A stretch of 58,198 nucleotides of DNA, taken from contig CASFUJ010000001.1 in the NCBI GenBank assembly GCA_949297645.1, positions 1-58,198 of the forward strand, given 5' to 3'. The notes beneath the pieces are model-generated. The model did no database searches. It was not told where the DNA came from and saw only the letters and a program-made list of their open reading frames with translations. Source of the DNA: an uncultured Desulfovibrionaceae bacterium. GTDB taxonomy: Bacteria > Desulfobacterota > Desulfovibrionia > Desulfovibrionales > Desulfovibrionaceae. Below, in pieces: positions 1-9,192 of the stretch. Position 1 is the first letter of the stretch, and every line of letters begins with the position of its first letter. Both the position numbers and the translations under genes were made by a program.

Positions 1-1530
1 CGTTCTGCGACTACGCGCCCTTACCGTATTGGGATGCACGCCCAGCATCTCTGCCGCTCCGCCCGCTCCCGTCACCCTGCCCCCCGTATGATGCAGCATC
101 CATGCGACATACCGGTCTCCGAGCTCTTCGAGCGTCGGCGGTTTTCCCTCCGGCAAATCATACTTTCTCTCCCGCTCTCCGGCCATGCCCGCAGCAATAC
201 GCGATTCTTTCTTTTCCGACTTTTCCGGCAGGTCGAAACGGAGCGGCAGACAGGCTGTACCGTTCCTTCCCCGGATGACGGCCCTCTCGACGACGTTCCG
301 CAGTTCGCGTACGTTTCCCGGCCAGTTATGCCGATACAGGCGCTCCATCTCCGCCGGGGGTACCAGCGGAGGAGACAAAAGACCGAGCCTGGACGACACT
401 CTGTGCACGAACAACCGAACCAGAACCGGAATATCCACCCGGCGCTGTCGAAGCGGAGGAACATGTAGAGGAAAAAGGTTGATCCGGTACCAGAGATCCT
501 CACGAAACTCTCCCTTCTCCACCATTTTCTGCAAGTCCCGGTTGGTTGCGGCAATGACCCTGATATCCAGAGGAATACAGCGGGTACTCCCTACGCGCAG
601 TATCTCCCGGTTGTCCAACGTACGAAGGAGCTCCGCCTGAGCCCGAGGTGACAGTTCGCCGATTTCATCAAGAAAAATCGTGCCGCCGTTGGCCGCCTCG
701 AAATACCCGGAACGGGCGGACGTCGCGCCGGTAAAGGCCCCCTTTTCATGCCCGAAAAGCTCGCTCTCCAGCAGGGAATCGGAAACGGCCCCACAGTTGA
801 TTTTTATCAGGGGGCGGTTCCAACGGGCAGAAGTCCGATGAATGGCATCGGCAACCATATCCTTGCCCACGCCGGTTTCCCCGTCAATCAGCACGGTATA
901 ATCCGTTGCCGCCACACGCTCCATCTCTTCCTGCAAATCCACCAGCCCCCCGCACATGCGCAGCAGCGCCCAGCTGTCCTCATACTGGATGGGCAGACCT
1001 CCCCTGTCCAACTGCACATGCAGGGCGCCTTCCAGCTCCGCACTGAACGGTCTTGTCAGACGCTGAAAAAGCATTGCCTCCTTTTCACCGAAAGCTTCTG
1101 AAGTATCGGAGCAGAATCCCAGCTGAAAGGTCGCCTCTTCCAGTCTGAACAGCGGCACGCGCACATGGGAAATAAAGTCCTCCTGCCGCATGACGCCGTG
1201 CGGAGCATCGGGAAAAGGATCTTCGGAAAAAAGATAGGGACGGGAATCATCGACCAGAATCTTGCCTATCTGCTCCCGCGTCAGGGAACGTCCGGCCAGA
1301 TATTGCGTGGTCTTTACGCCTTCGGGCAACGTGTCGGCCACAGGAATGAAGGCAGCGTCTCTGTATTGCCTGAAACCGCAGAATATGCGGGTTATGGGAT
1401 AATACCGGCGCAAGAACGCCAGAAGATATGACAACGCCGAAGACAACCCCAGCTCTCTGAGTACCAGAACCAGAGAATCCCCGCAGAACTCAAGTTCCGC
1501 GTCAGAAAGAGTCCGGCCATTCCGACACAT
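1..1530 (-). CDS. Sigma-54-dependent transcriptional activator (GAF-like N-terminus, AAA+, HTH), 3' end runs off the window
   Basis: Absent from the ORF track; manual minus-strand translation from ATG at 1530 (GGAGG-type RBS upstream) gives [29 protein letters not shown] and [19 protein letters not shown] in one frame. Confidence 0.9.
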   Translation of the reverse strand, partial: MCRNGRTLSDAELEFCGDSLVLVLRELGLSSALSYLLAFLRRYYPITRIFCGFRQYRDAAFIPVADTLPEGVKTTQYLAGRSLTREQIGKILVDDSRPYLFSEDPFPDAPHGVMRQEDFISHVRVPLFRLEEATFQLGFCSDTSEAFGEKEAMLFQRLTRPFSAELEGALHVQLDRGGLPIQYEDSWALLRMCGGLVDLQEEMERVAATDYTVLIDGETGVGKDMVADAIHRTSARWNRPLIKINCGAVSDSLLESELFGHEKGAFTGATSARSGYFEAANGGTIFLDEIGELSPRAQAELLRTLDNREILRVGSTRCIPLDIRVIAATNRDLQKMVEKGEFREDLWYRINLFPLHVPPLRQRRVDIPVLVRLFVHRVSSRLGLLSPPLVPPAEMERLYRHNWPGNVRELRNVVERAVIRGRNGTACLPLRFDLPEKSEKKESRIAAGMAGERERKYDLPEGKPPTLEELGDRYVAWMLHHTGGRVTGAGGAAEMLGVHPNTVRARSRRT

Positions 1531-1635
1531 CTCCCCCTCCGGTAATGCTGAATTTTTCAGCACCTTCTACTATATTTTTAAATATTCAACAAGCCTTTCC
1601 TATGATATCTTGTTCGTTTTATTAGATAAAAATTT

Positions 1636-1651
1636 TGGCATATCTTTTGCA
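1636..1651 (+). promoter_or_regulatory. Sigma-54 (-24/-12) promoter of the sulfotransferase operon
   Basis: TGGCATATCTTTTGCA: GG at 1637-38 and GC at 1649-50, 10 nt apart; upstream of 1719, next to a divergent activator. Confidence 0.85.
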
Positions 1652-1718
1652 TTTTTTCGGATAACGATGCGCATCTCTCTTCCAGCATAACACCATAGCA
1701 ACGATAAGGAGACCGGAC

Positions 1719-3104
1719 ATGGCAGGCGTACACGGCATTCCCACGGGAGTGCACAGATATTTTGAAGACCTCTGCTTCAACGGCTTCAACCTGGTTCCCC
1801 CCTATTTTTCCAAAGAGACGTTTCTGCTCAACATGGAGGGCGAAATCGTACACTCCTGGAAAAGCGACTATCTTCCCGGCCTTTATGCCTTTCTTCTGGA
1901 AGACGGGACGCTGCTGCGCGGAATAAGACTGACGGATGCGGCCGTACGCTTTGCCGGCGTCTCGGGAGGTTTTGAACGACTGGACTGGGACGGCAACGTC
2001 CTTCAGCGCTACATCAAGAACGACCCCGACACGCACGAATGTCTCTCCCATGCCTTCTGTCCCATGCCCAACGGGCACACGCTGGTCATCTGCCTTGAAA
2101 ACAAAAGCAATGAGGAAGTGTATGCCAGAGGACGCAGACCCGGTACGCTTCCCGACGAAGGAACCATGATAAACGGCCTGCTGCACAAGGGCCTCTATCT
2201 TGACTATATCATGGAAATCGACAGGGACAACAACGTGGTCTGGGAGTGGCATCTCTGGGACCATGTGGGTACCGGCCCGGACCAGTTTGACCTGAACTTC
2301 CGACTTCCCGATACCTACGGCTACTACAGCACGCACGACTGGGTCCATTTCAACAATATCGACTACGACCCCGTCGGCGACCGTATCGTCGCCTGCTGCC
2401 GTAATTTCAGCGAATTCGTCATCATCGACCGCAAGACGGGAAACATCACCTATCGCTGGGGCAACCCCTGCACCCACGGCGCCGGACGGGCCCCGTCCTA
2501 CGGCGATGACGGCGATGAAATCCTGTTCGGTCCGCATAACGCCCATTTTCTTCCCAACGGCAACATTCAGGTCTTCGACAACGGCTGTCAGCGCCCTCAG
2601 GGAAACCGTTCCCGTGTTCTGGAGGTGGATATCTCCACCGGAAACATCGTATGGGAATACAAGGCTCATTTTCCCTTCAATTTCTGCTCTCCCTATCAGA
2701 GTTCCAGTCAGCGTCTGCCCAACGGCAACATTCTGGTCTGTGTCTCCGGTCCGGGGCAGGTGTTCGAAGTCACCGGCGGAGCCGAACCCCGGGTATGCTG
2801 GGAATTCGTCAGCCCGTGGCTGTACGACGGTTCCGTGACAAACTACCTCGACGACCGCGACGCCTTCGTGGACAACGTTTCCCTCATCCAGAAGGGCTTT
2901 CTTAAGAACATGATTCATCGCGTCTATCGCTACGGCCCGGACTTTCCCGGTCTGCGCGGAAGAGACCTCTCCCACGCCCGTCCCATCGACCCCGGTATCG
3001 TCCACCTGTGGGAAATGGAGCCCTATAAGTCCGGACTGGCACGGGCCCGCAACCTGCCCTGGCCTGCCCCTTCGACGTTTTTCCCCGCCGGAAAAAAGGA
3101 CTGA
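1719..3104 (+). CDS. Arylsulfate sulfotransferase (ASST, beta-propeller) family, apparently cytoplasmic
   Basis: Motifs SHAF, DWVHFNNIDY, CRN, GPHNAHFLPNGNIQVFDNG, QRLPNGNILV; no signal peptide; RBS AAGGAG. Confidence 0.8.
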   Translation: MAGVHGIPTGVHRYFEDLCFNGFNLVPPYFSKETFLLNMEGEIVHSWKSDYLPGLYAFLLEDGTLLRGIRLTDAAVRFAGVSGGFERLDWDGNVLQRYIKNDPDTHECLSHAFCPMPNGHTLVICLENKSNEEVYARGRRPGTLPDEGTMINGLLHKGLYLDYIMEIDRDNNVVWEWHLWDHVGTGPDQFDLNFRLPDTYGYYSTHDWVHFNNIDYDPVGDRIVACCRNFSEFVIIDRKTGNITYRWGNPCTHGAGRAPSYGDDGDEILFGPHNAHFLPNGNIQVFDNGCQRPQGNRSRVLEVDISTGNIVWEYKAHFPFNFCSPYQSSSQRLPNGNILVCVSGPGQVFEVTGGAEPRVCWEFVSPWLYDGSVTNYLDDRDAFVDNVSLIQKGFLKNMIHRVYRYGPDFPGLRGRDLSHARPIDPGIVHLWEMEPYKSGLARARNLPWPAPSTFFPAGKKD

Positions 3105-3191
3105 GCCCCTCCGAAACGCCTATCTGAACACGAATGCGATTCCGACGGACAGCCCCCTGCTGTTCAGCCTATGATATACGGGAGGTTCCTC

Positions 3192-4289
3192 ATGAAAAAG
3201 CTGATGCACGTCATGTCTCACACCGCAGGCGCCCTCATGGCTCTGGCGCTTGTCTTCAGCTCCGCGTACCTGTGCCATGCGGCGGAAAAGACAAAACTTC
3301 CCAAGAGAATCACCCTTGCCACGTTCCCCATCGGCTCGGGGAACTACGCCATCTCCAACGCTCTGGCCAAAGTGGCGTCCGAACATTCGGGCATCATGGT
3401 CGTCACACGTCCCGGCAGCAGCGCCAGCGCATGGGTAGGCACGACCAATGCCAAGGGGGCCCCGGAAATGGGTCTTGTGCATGTTCTCGACGCCTGGTGG
3501 GCGTTCAGCGGCAAGGTATCGCCCACGCCTCTGCCCGGTGACCCCTACGGCACCGAACCCTTCTATGCGCCCAATCCGAATCTGCGCATGCTTATTGCCG
3601 GCCCGAGTCAGTGGGTAGGCCTGCTGGCGGAACGCTCGAAGCCGTGGAAGACCATCGCCGACGCCAAAGGCGGCGTGCTGGCCGGAGGCTTCTCCGCACA
3701 CCCGGGCGGCTATGCCGGGCTCGTGGCCCTGCTCGCCACCGCCGACCTTCAGGAACAGCGTGACTTCTCGCTCATTTCCGTGGCCACGTCCAACGCCTCG
3801 GTCAAAGCCTACGGAGAAGGCCGGGCGGAACTGGCCCTCGGTTCGGCAGGCAATGCCGCCGTCTCCGAAGCCAACGCCACCCGTCCCCTGCGTTTCCTCT
3901 CCGCCTCCACTGCTCCGGAAGGCGTAGCCCGGGCACAGGCGGCTTTCCCCGGGTCCCGCATCGCCGTCTTTCCCGACGAAGCTCCGGGCGTGGAACCGGG
4001 TACCGCCATGCTCACCTATCCCATGCTTGTCGTCGCCTCTACGCACATGTCCGAAGAGCTCGCCTACCGTCTCACCAAAACATGGTGGGAGCATTATCGT
4101 GAAACATGGCCGGTTTACAGCGGCTGCAAGGGCTGGACGGACAAGGATTTCGTCATAGCCAACGCCACCATTCCCTATCATGAGGGAGCCATCCGCTTTT
4201 TCCGTGAAGTCGGCGCCTGGAGTTCCGACATGGAACGCATACAGGCCGAACTGCTGGACGGCAAATATCCCTTCCTGAACATGAATTGA
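3192..4289 (+). CDS. TAXI-family TRAP solute-binding protein
   Basis: Signal peptide, ITLATFPIGSGNY N-terminus, IPYHEGAIRFFRE C-terminal motif; RBS GGAGG before ATG 3192. Confidence 0.88.
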   Translation: MKKLMHVMSHTAGALMALALVFSSAYLCHAAEKTKLPKRITLATFPIGSGNYAISNALAKVASEHSGIMVVTRPGSSASAWVGTTNAKGAPEMGLVHVLDAWWAFSGKVSPTPLPGDPYGTEPFYAPNPNLRMLIAGPSQWVGLLAERSKPWKTIADAKGGVLAGGFSAHPGGYAGLVALLATADLQEQRDFSLISVATSNASVKAYGEGRAELALGSAGNAAVSEANATRPLRFLSASTAPEGVARAQAAFPGSRIAVFPDEAPGVEPGTAMLTYPMLVVASTHMSEELAYRLTKTWWEHYRETWPVYSGCKGWTDKDFVIANATIPYHEGAIRFFREVGAWSSDMERIQAELLDGKYPFLNMN

Positions 4290-4298
4290 CTTGCCACC

Positions 4299-4326
4299 GC
4301 CCCGTCCGCAGAAGCGCGGACGGGGC
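4299..4326 (+). other. Intercistronic stem-loop after the binding-protein gene
   Basis: GCCCCGTCCGC-N6-GCGGACGGGGC, 11-bp stem, no U-tract. Confidence 0.6.
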
Positions 4327-4347
4327 CTTACTCCCACGAGGTAATTC

Positions 4348-6273
4348 ATGAGTTCCAATGAAGATATGGAAAACACCCGCAGACTGTCGGGATTCATGGA
4401 AAAATTCATCAATGCGGTACTTGTCGCCATTCCGCTGATCGGAGCTTTCTTCATTCTCGATATTCCCTCGCGCATCGGCATGCCCGTTCTGAGAGAGCAG
4501 TATTACGGCCTCTTTTTTGCCTTGACGCTGCCCTGCATATTCTGGATGCTGCCCGCCACGGAACGCCGCCGCGGCGGCATTGCCTGGTACGACCATCTTC
4601 TGGCCGCAGCCGCCTTCATTGCCGGTATGTATGTCGCCTTCTTCTACGAAGATGTCCTGCGTACCCTCGGAGAATATACCCCCCTGCGCATCGGCCTTTC
4701 CGTCGTAGCCGTTGTCACCGTTCTGGAAGCCGTGCGCCGTACCTCGGGAAACATTCTTCTCGTCCTCGGGATTCTGTTCATCCTTTACGCCCACTATGCC
4801 GAATATGTTCCCGGCATTTTCGGCGGCGCCGGAACGGCATGGCCTGAGCTTTTCACCTATCTCTATCTGGACGGCAATTCCCTGTTCGGCATGTCTCTGG
4901 GCGTTTCCGCCGTTGTGGTGCTGGCCTTCATCCTGTTCGGCAATCTCATGTTCGGGGTCGGCGGGGGCGAATTTCTGAGCAACTTCGCCATGGCCATCTT
5001 CGGCGGATTCCGTGGAGGCCCGGCAAAAATGGCCATCGTGGCCTCAAGCCTGTTCGGCATGCTCACCGGAAGCGCCGCCGCCAATGTGGCCAGTACCGGC
5101 GTTTTCACCATTCCGCTCATGAAGCGCATAGGCTACCCCGCGCATATCGCCGGAGCCGTTGAGGCGGTGGCCTCCACGGGCGGCAGTCTGACGCCTCCCG
5201 TCATGGGAGCGGCCGCCTTCATTATTGCCGAATTCACCGGCATTCCCTATGCCACCGTGGCCATAGCCTCCATTCTGCCGGCAGTGCTCTACTACGCCGG
5301 CGTTTTTATTCAGGTGGATCTCGAGGCAGGAAAGGACGGCATGGTGGGACTTCCCCGCAACGAACTGCCCTCTTTGCGCAAGACGCTCAATCAGGCGTAT
5401 CTTTTCGTCGTGCCGTTCACGGTTCTGCTGATTGCGCTGTTCGCCTTCGGTCAGTCTCCCGAAATGTCCGCCTTCTGGGGTATCCTCGCCGTGCTGGCAT
5501 GCTCCCTGCTACGCAAAGAAACCCGCAATCTGGCCTGGGTGGTCACGGCGCTGAACCATACAGGAAAGGCCATGCTTTCCCTCACCGCCATCGTTGCCAT
5601 GGCCGGTCTTGTCATCGGCGTCATCAACCTCTGCGGTCTCGGCTTCATTCTTCCGATGTTCCTTTCGCAGATAGCCGGTGACAATCTCTTCCTCGTTCTT
5701 GTCATCGTAGCCGTCACCAGCATCATTCTCGGCATGGGCATGCCCACCGTGGCCGTCTATATTCTGCTCGGCGTGCTCATGGGGCCCACGCTCGTGGAAG
5801 CGGGTGTTCCCATTCTCGCCGCCCATCTGTTCATCCAGTATTTCGGCACGGTCTCCCAGTTCACACCCCCCATCTGCATCGCCTCCTTTGCAGCGGCCTC
5901 CATTGCGGACGCGCCTCAGATGAAGACGGCCTTCGCCTCCATGCGCATGGGAGCTCTTGCCTATCCGGCCCCCTTCCTGTTCGTCTATTCCCAGGTCTTT
6001 CTCCTGGAAGGACCATTGTGGGAAATCTGCTGGGCCATGCTGACCGCGCTTTTTGCCTGTTTCCTACTCGGTTTCTCACTGGTCGGCTACTTCAAAAGAC
6101 CGATTCCCATGTGGAAGCGTATTCTTCTTATCCCGTTCTCCGGCCTGCTTCTGACGGCGACATCCTCCGACCAGCTGCTCATCGGGCTGCTGCAGGACTG
6201 TACCGGCCTGCTTGCCGGCATTATCTTCATCGCCCTTGAACTGCGCGCGACACGTCACGCTTCCGCAGACTGA
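4348..6273 (+). CDS. TRAP transporter fused permease (4TM/12TM, TAXI type)
   Basis: GGPAKMAIVASSLFG, GSAAANVASTG, AVEAVASTGG, PPVMGAAAF, LGMGMPT motifs; highly hydrophobic. Confidence 0.93.
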   Translation: MSSNEDMENTRRLSGFMEKFINAVLVAIPLIGAFFILDIPSRIGMPVLREQYYGLFFALTLPCIFWMLPATERRRGGIAWYDHLLAAAAFIAGMYVAFFYEDVLRTLGEYTPLRIGLSVVAVVTVLEAVRRTSGNILLVLGILFILYAHYAEYVPGIFGGAGTAWPELFTYLYLDGNSLFGMSLGVSAVVVLAFILFGNLMFGVGGGEFLSNFAMAIFGGFRGGPAKMAIVASSLFGMLTGSAAANVASTGVFTIPLMKRIGYPAHIAGAVEAVASTGGSLTPPVMGAAAFIIAEFTGIPYATVAIASILPAVLYYAGVFIQVDLEAGKDGMVGLPRNELPSLRKTLNQAYLFVVPFTVLLIALFAFGQSPEMSAFWGILAVLACSLLRKETRNLAWVVTALNHTGKAMLSLTAIVAMAGLVIGVINLCGLGFILPMFLSQIAGDNLFLVLVIVAVTSIILGMGMPTVAVYILLGVLMGPTLVEAGVPILAAHLFIQYFGTVSQFTPPICIASFAAASIADAPQMKTAFASMRMGALAYPAPFLFVYSQVFLLEGPLWEICWAMLTALFACFLLGFSLVGYFKRPIPMWKRILLIPFSGLLLTATSSDQLLIGLLQDCTGLLAGIIFIALELRATRHASAD

Positions 6274-6297
6274 ATCTCCAGCAAACAGGAAGACTCC

Positions 6298-8220
6298 ATG
6301 TCCAGCTCATATACACAGCAAGAAGCGGATAAATCTCTGCTCATGAACCATGTCGCCGCACTCTGCGCCCACGGGGAACGCGTCGCCGGCTCGGAAGAAG
6401 AAGGTCTGGCCTGCGCCTATATTCTCTCTTTGCTGAAGACGTGGGGCGTTTCCTGCACCGTGCACCGTTTCCGCGCCATCATCAGCAATCCTCTGGAAGC
6501 CAGCCTGGTACTGCCGGGCGGCGACGGAAAAAGTCCCTGCCTGTTCTCCGGCGTGGGCACCGCATTTTCGGCCTCGACGCCGCCTGAAGGCCTGTCCGCC
6601 GACATCGTCTTTGTCGGCAAAGGCCGGGAAGAAGACTATCTGCAGTGCGACACGCAAGGAAAAATCGTACTTGTGGACGGACTTGTCTCCGCTGCTCAGG
6701 GAAAACTCGCAAAACAGTACGGAGCGGCGGGCATCATCGGCACGGCGCAGGGAACTGCCGTACATAAAAACACCATCGGCACGGTCTGGGGCCGTCCCGA
6801 TTTCACACACCTGAACGACATCCCCCGTATCCCCGTCCTCTGTCTGAGTCATGAGGACGGAACCGCCCTGGCAGACCGTTTACGGCAGGGCCGGACACGG
6901 GGCGTCATGCACACCAGAACTGAGGAGGAAGTCCGCGTTCTGCGTCTTCCCGTAGCCGATATTCCGGGCAGAAAGCCGGAATTCGTTCTCGCAGGCGCCC
7001 ACTACTGCTCCTGGTTCGACGGCGCCACGGACAACGCCACAGGCAACGCCGTTCTGCTGGAACTGGCAAGAATTCTTCACTCCGGGCCCCAGATGCGGTT
7101 CGGGGTACGCCTTGCCTGGTGGCCGGGCCATTCACAGGGCAGATTCAGCGGTTCGGCGTGGTATGCGGAAACGTTCAGGGATACGCTGCTGAAGCACTGC
7201 ATCGGATACCTCAATATCGACTCTCCGGGTTCAAAAGGAGCCACACTCTGCCTGCCCCGCTATACCATGGGCGAAGCCATGCCCTTTGTGGAACACTGCC
7301 TGCAGGAAGCCGCCCCGGAGCGCACGGTGTCCGACCCGGCCGTACTGAAGGCGCTGACGGGGAAACGTCCCGACCCGTACATTCCGTCCACCCGTCCTGC
7401 CCGTCAGGCGGACCAGTCCTTCTGGGGTATCGGCCTGACCTCTTTCAGCATGTACGGTTCGCTTCCTCCCGACCACCCCGACTTTCGAAGCTCTGTAGGC
7501 GGTTCCGGCGGCGCCTGGTGGTGGCACTCCGAGGCGGATACGACGGATAAGGCGGATGCCGCCATTCTGGCGGACGATACCCGACTCTATCTTCACATGC
7601 TTCGCCGTATTGCGGACGCCCCGCTGCTGCCATGGGACTATACCCTTACCGTCCAAGACTTCTCGGAAGCCCTGCGCGGCTATGAAGAAGCCGCGGCAGG
7701 CGTTACGACATGTCTTCCCGAAGAGCGCTGTTCCGCCCTTCGACGGATATTCGGCGAAGTTTCGACTGCTGTGGAAGACCATGACGATACCCCGGACTTC
7801 GCGCCGCTTCATCAGTGTCTTACCCGACTGAGTCAGGCAGCATCGGCGCTGCGGGCCGACATGGACGATGCAGAGCGCCGGATGAAGAAGGCGCAGGCGA
7901 CTCCGGACGTGCGCCTTGAACAGGAGGCCGACCTGCTCAATGCCCGCTGCCTGATGTTCGGCCGCATGCTGATTCCCCTGCTTTACCTGCCTCTGTCCTG
8001 TTCTCCGGACCGCGTTCCCGCCGTCGGCCTTCCTCTGCTGCCGGAACTGGCCCGCACTCTGCTGCTGAAGCGCTTTCCTGCCGGCTCGCCGGAACACCTT
8101 TCCCTGTGCTGGGAGATAAACCGCACCCTGAACAGACTGGAACAGAAGCTGAGAAAGGCAGAGGAGCTTGTCGGAAAAGCACCAGGTCAGGTCTTTTCCC
8201 CTGCGTTTTCTCTGAAATGA
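6298..8220 (+). CDS. M28-family peptidase/amidohydrolase with PA domain, non-canonical active site
   Basis: PA segment (VFVGKGREEDY..GKIVLV), GAHYCSW, GATDNATG, WWPGHSQGRFSGS, NIDSPG, WWWHSEADT. Confidence 0.82.
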   Translation: MSSSYTQQEADKSLLMNHVAALCAHGERVAGSEEEGLACAYILSLLKTWGVSCTVHRFRAIISNPLEASLVLPGGDGKSPCLFSGVGTAFSASTPPEGLSADIVFVGKGREEDYLQCDTQGKIVLVDGLVSAAQGKLAKQYGAAGIIGTAQGTAVHKNTIGTVWGRPDFTHLNDIPRIPVLCLSHEDGTALADRLRQGRTRGVMHTRTEEEVRVLRLPVADIPGRKPEFVLAGAHYCSWFDGATDNATGNAVLLELARILHSGPQMRFGVRLAWWPGHSQGRFSGSAWYAETFRDTLLKHCIGYLNIDSPGSKGATLCLPRYTMGEAMPFVEHCLQEAAPERTVSDPAVLKALTGKRPDPYIPSTRPARQADQSFWGIGLTSFSMYGSLPPDHPDFRSSVGGSGGAWWWHSEADTTDKADAAILADDTRLYLHMLRRIADAPLLPWDYTLTVQDFSEALRGYEEAAAGVTTCLPEERCSALRRIFGEVSTAVEDHDDTPDFAPLHQCLTRLSQAASALRADMDDAERRMKKAQATPDVRLEQEADLLNARCLMFGRMLIPLLYLPLSCSPDRVPAVGLPLLPELARTLLLKRFPAGSPEHLSLCWEINRTLNRLEQKLRKAEELVGKAPGQVFSPAFSLK

Positions 8221-8526
8221 CCTCAGGCCGGCGGACGGAAACACAGCCCCTGCTGTTCCCGTGCTGCCGCTCTCCATAAGCTCCCCGGTCACCGGAGAGC
8301 TTCCTCGATACGCTTTCCACGCCGTAAGGGCGCTTTTACCAGGCGCCCTTATGTCGTATTCCGGCCGACTTCAGACGCTCCTCATCACAGGCATAAAGTC
8401 CTCACAAGCCACTTCCGCAGAAAAACGTACCGTCACCGCCACAGGGTCTGCGCCGACAGACAAGGCTGAACCTGTCTTTTCTTACAGACGACGGACTGCC
8501 CCTCCCCAAGGGGCCCTTTCCGGCAC

Positions 8527-9165
8527 AGTCAGGCCCGCCCCTTCAAGGGGCGGTTTGATTTGCTCCTATACGGGTCTGTTACTTGGCTGCCCTCTCAAAA
8601 GGGGCCTGTCCCGACTCTTTTGCCGAAGAATTATTTTCTGCTGCTCGTAAACGCTCTGACGGACCGTTCCGCAAGGCTGTACCGGTCCGTTATTTTGTCT
8701 CGTTCTTCCTGCTCCCGCACATAGTTGATGCTCGTCGCCTCATTTACTCCCCCCCCCGTGCCGACAACATAACCGGCACACCAGAAATGACGATTGCCGA
8801 ACTTCTAGTGCAGAGGCGGAAAACTCCCGAATATCATCAGGAAACTCTTCCCTTTCAAATATCCGATGAACGACGATACTCTTATCTTCGGCGGTATTTC
8901 TGACAACATATGAATGTGGCCAGAGCAACATGTAAATTCAACTATGCTTACCCCTTTCCATTCACATAATTTTCGTAATATTTTCTCCTAGGGCTCTTTT
9001 CTTCCCGCCATAGAAAAACTGTCCGCTGTATTTTTGTACAAATACTCTATGGTGGTTACAGTTCCATTTCGTATGCGCTGAACTTTTTGTGCCACACTGA
9101 CTGACATGCCGGGGCCCCTCTTCTTCGCCGCGGATTTCAAATACGCCAGGGCTGTTCAGCATGGA
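8527..9165 (-). mobile_element. Decayed IS200/IS605-family element (boundaries approximate)
   Basis: tnpA remnant with a downstream hairpin CCGCCCC-TTCAA-GGGGCGG (8536-8553); locally AT-rich. Confidence 0.7.
8631..9095 (-). pseudogene. tnpA: IS200-type Y1 (HUH) transposase pseudogene
   Basis: Joined frames read (M)AQKV / AHTKWNCNHHRVFVQKY..GE / ILRKLCEWKGVSIVE..GHIHMLSEIPPKIRVSSFIGYLKGKS..*KFGNRHFWCAGYVVGT..NEATSINYVREQE. Frameshifts near 9080 and 8983; in-frame TAG at 8805-8807. Confidence 0.9.
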
Positions 9166-9192
9166 AGGCTCCGCTTTTCGTCCGTATCTGTC

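Noticed and set aside
8749-8757. C9 homopolymer as a phase-variation switch
   Set aside because: It keeps the frame and lies in a gene already broken by other lesions
8740-9162. Short ORFs 8740-8931 and 8962-9162 as independent genes
   Set aside because: They are an off-frame reading and a fragment of the tnpA pseudogene
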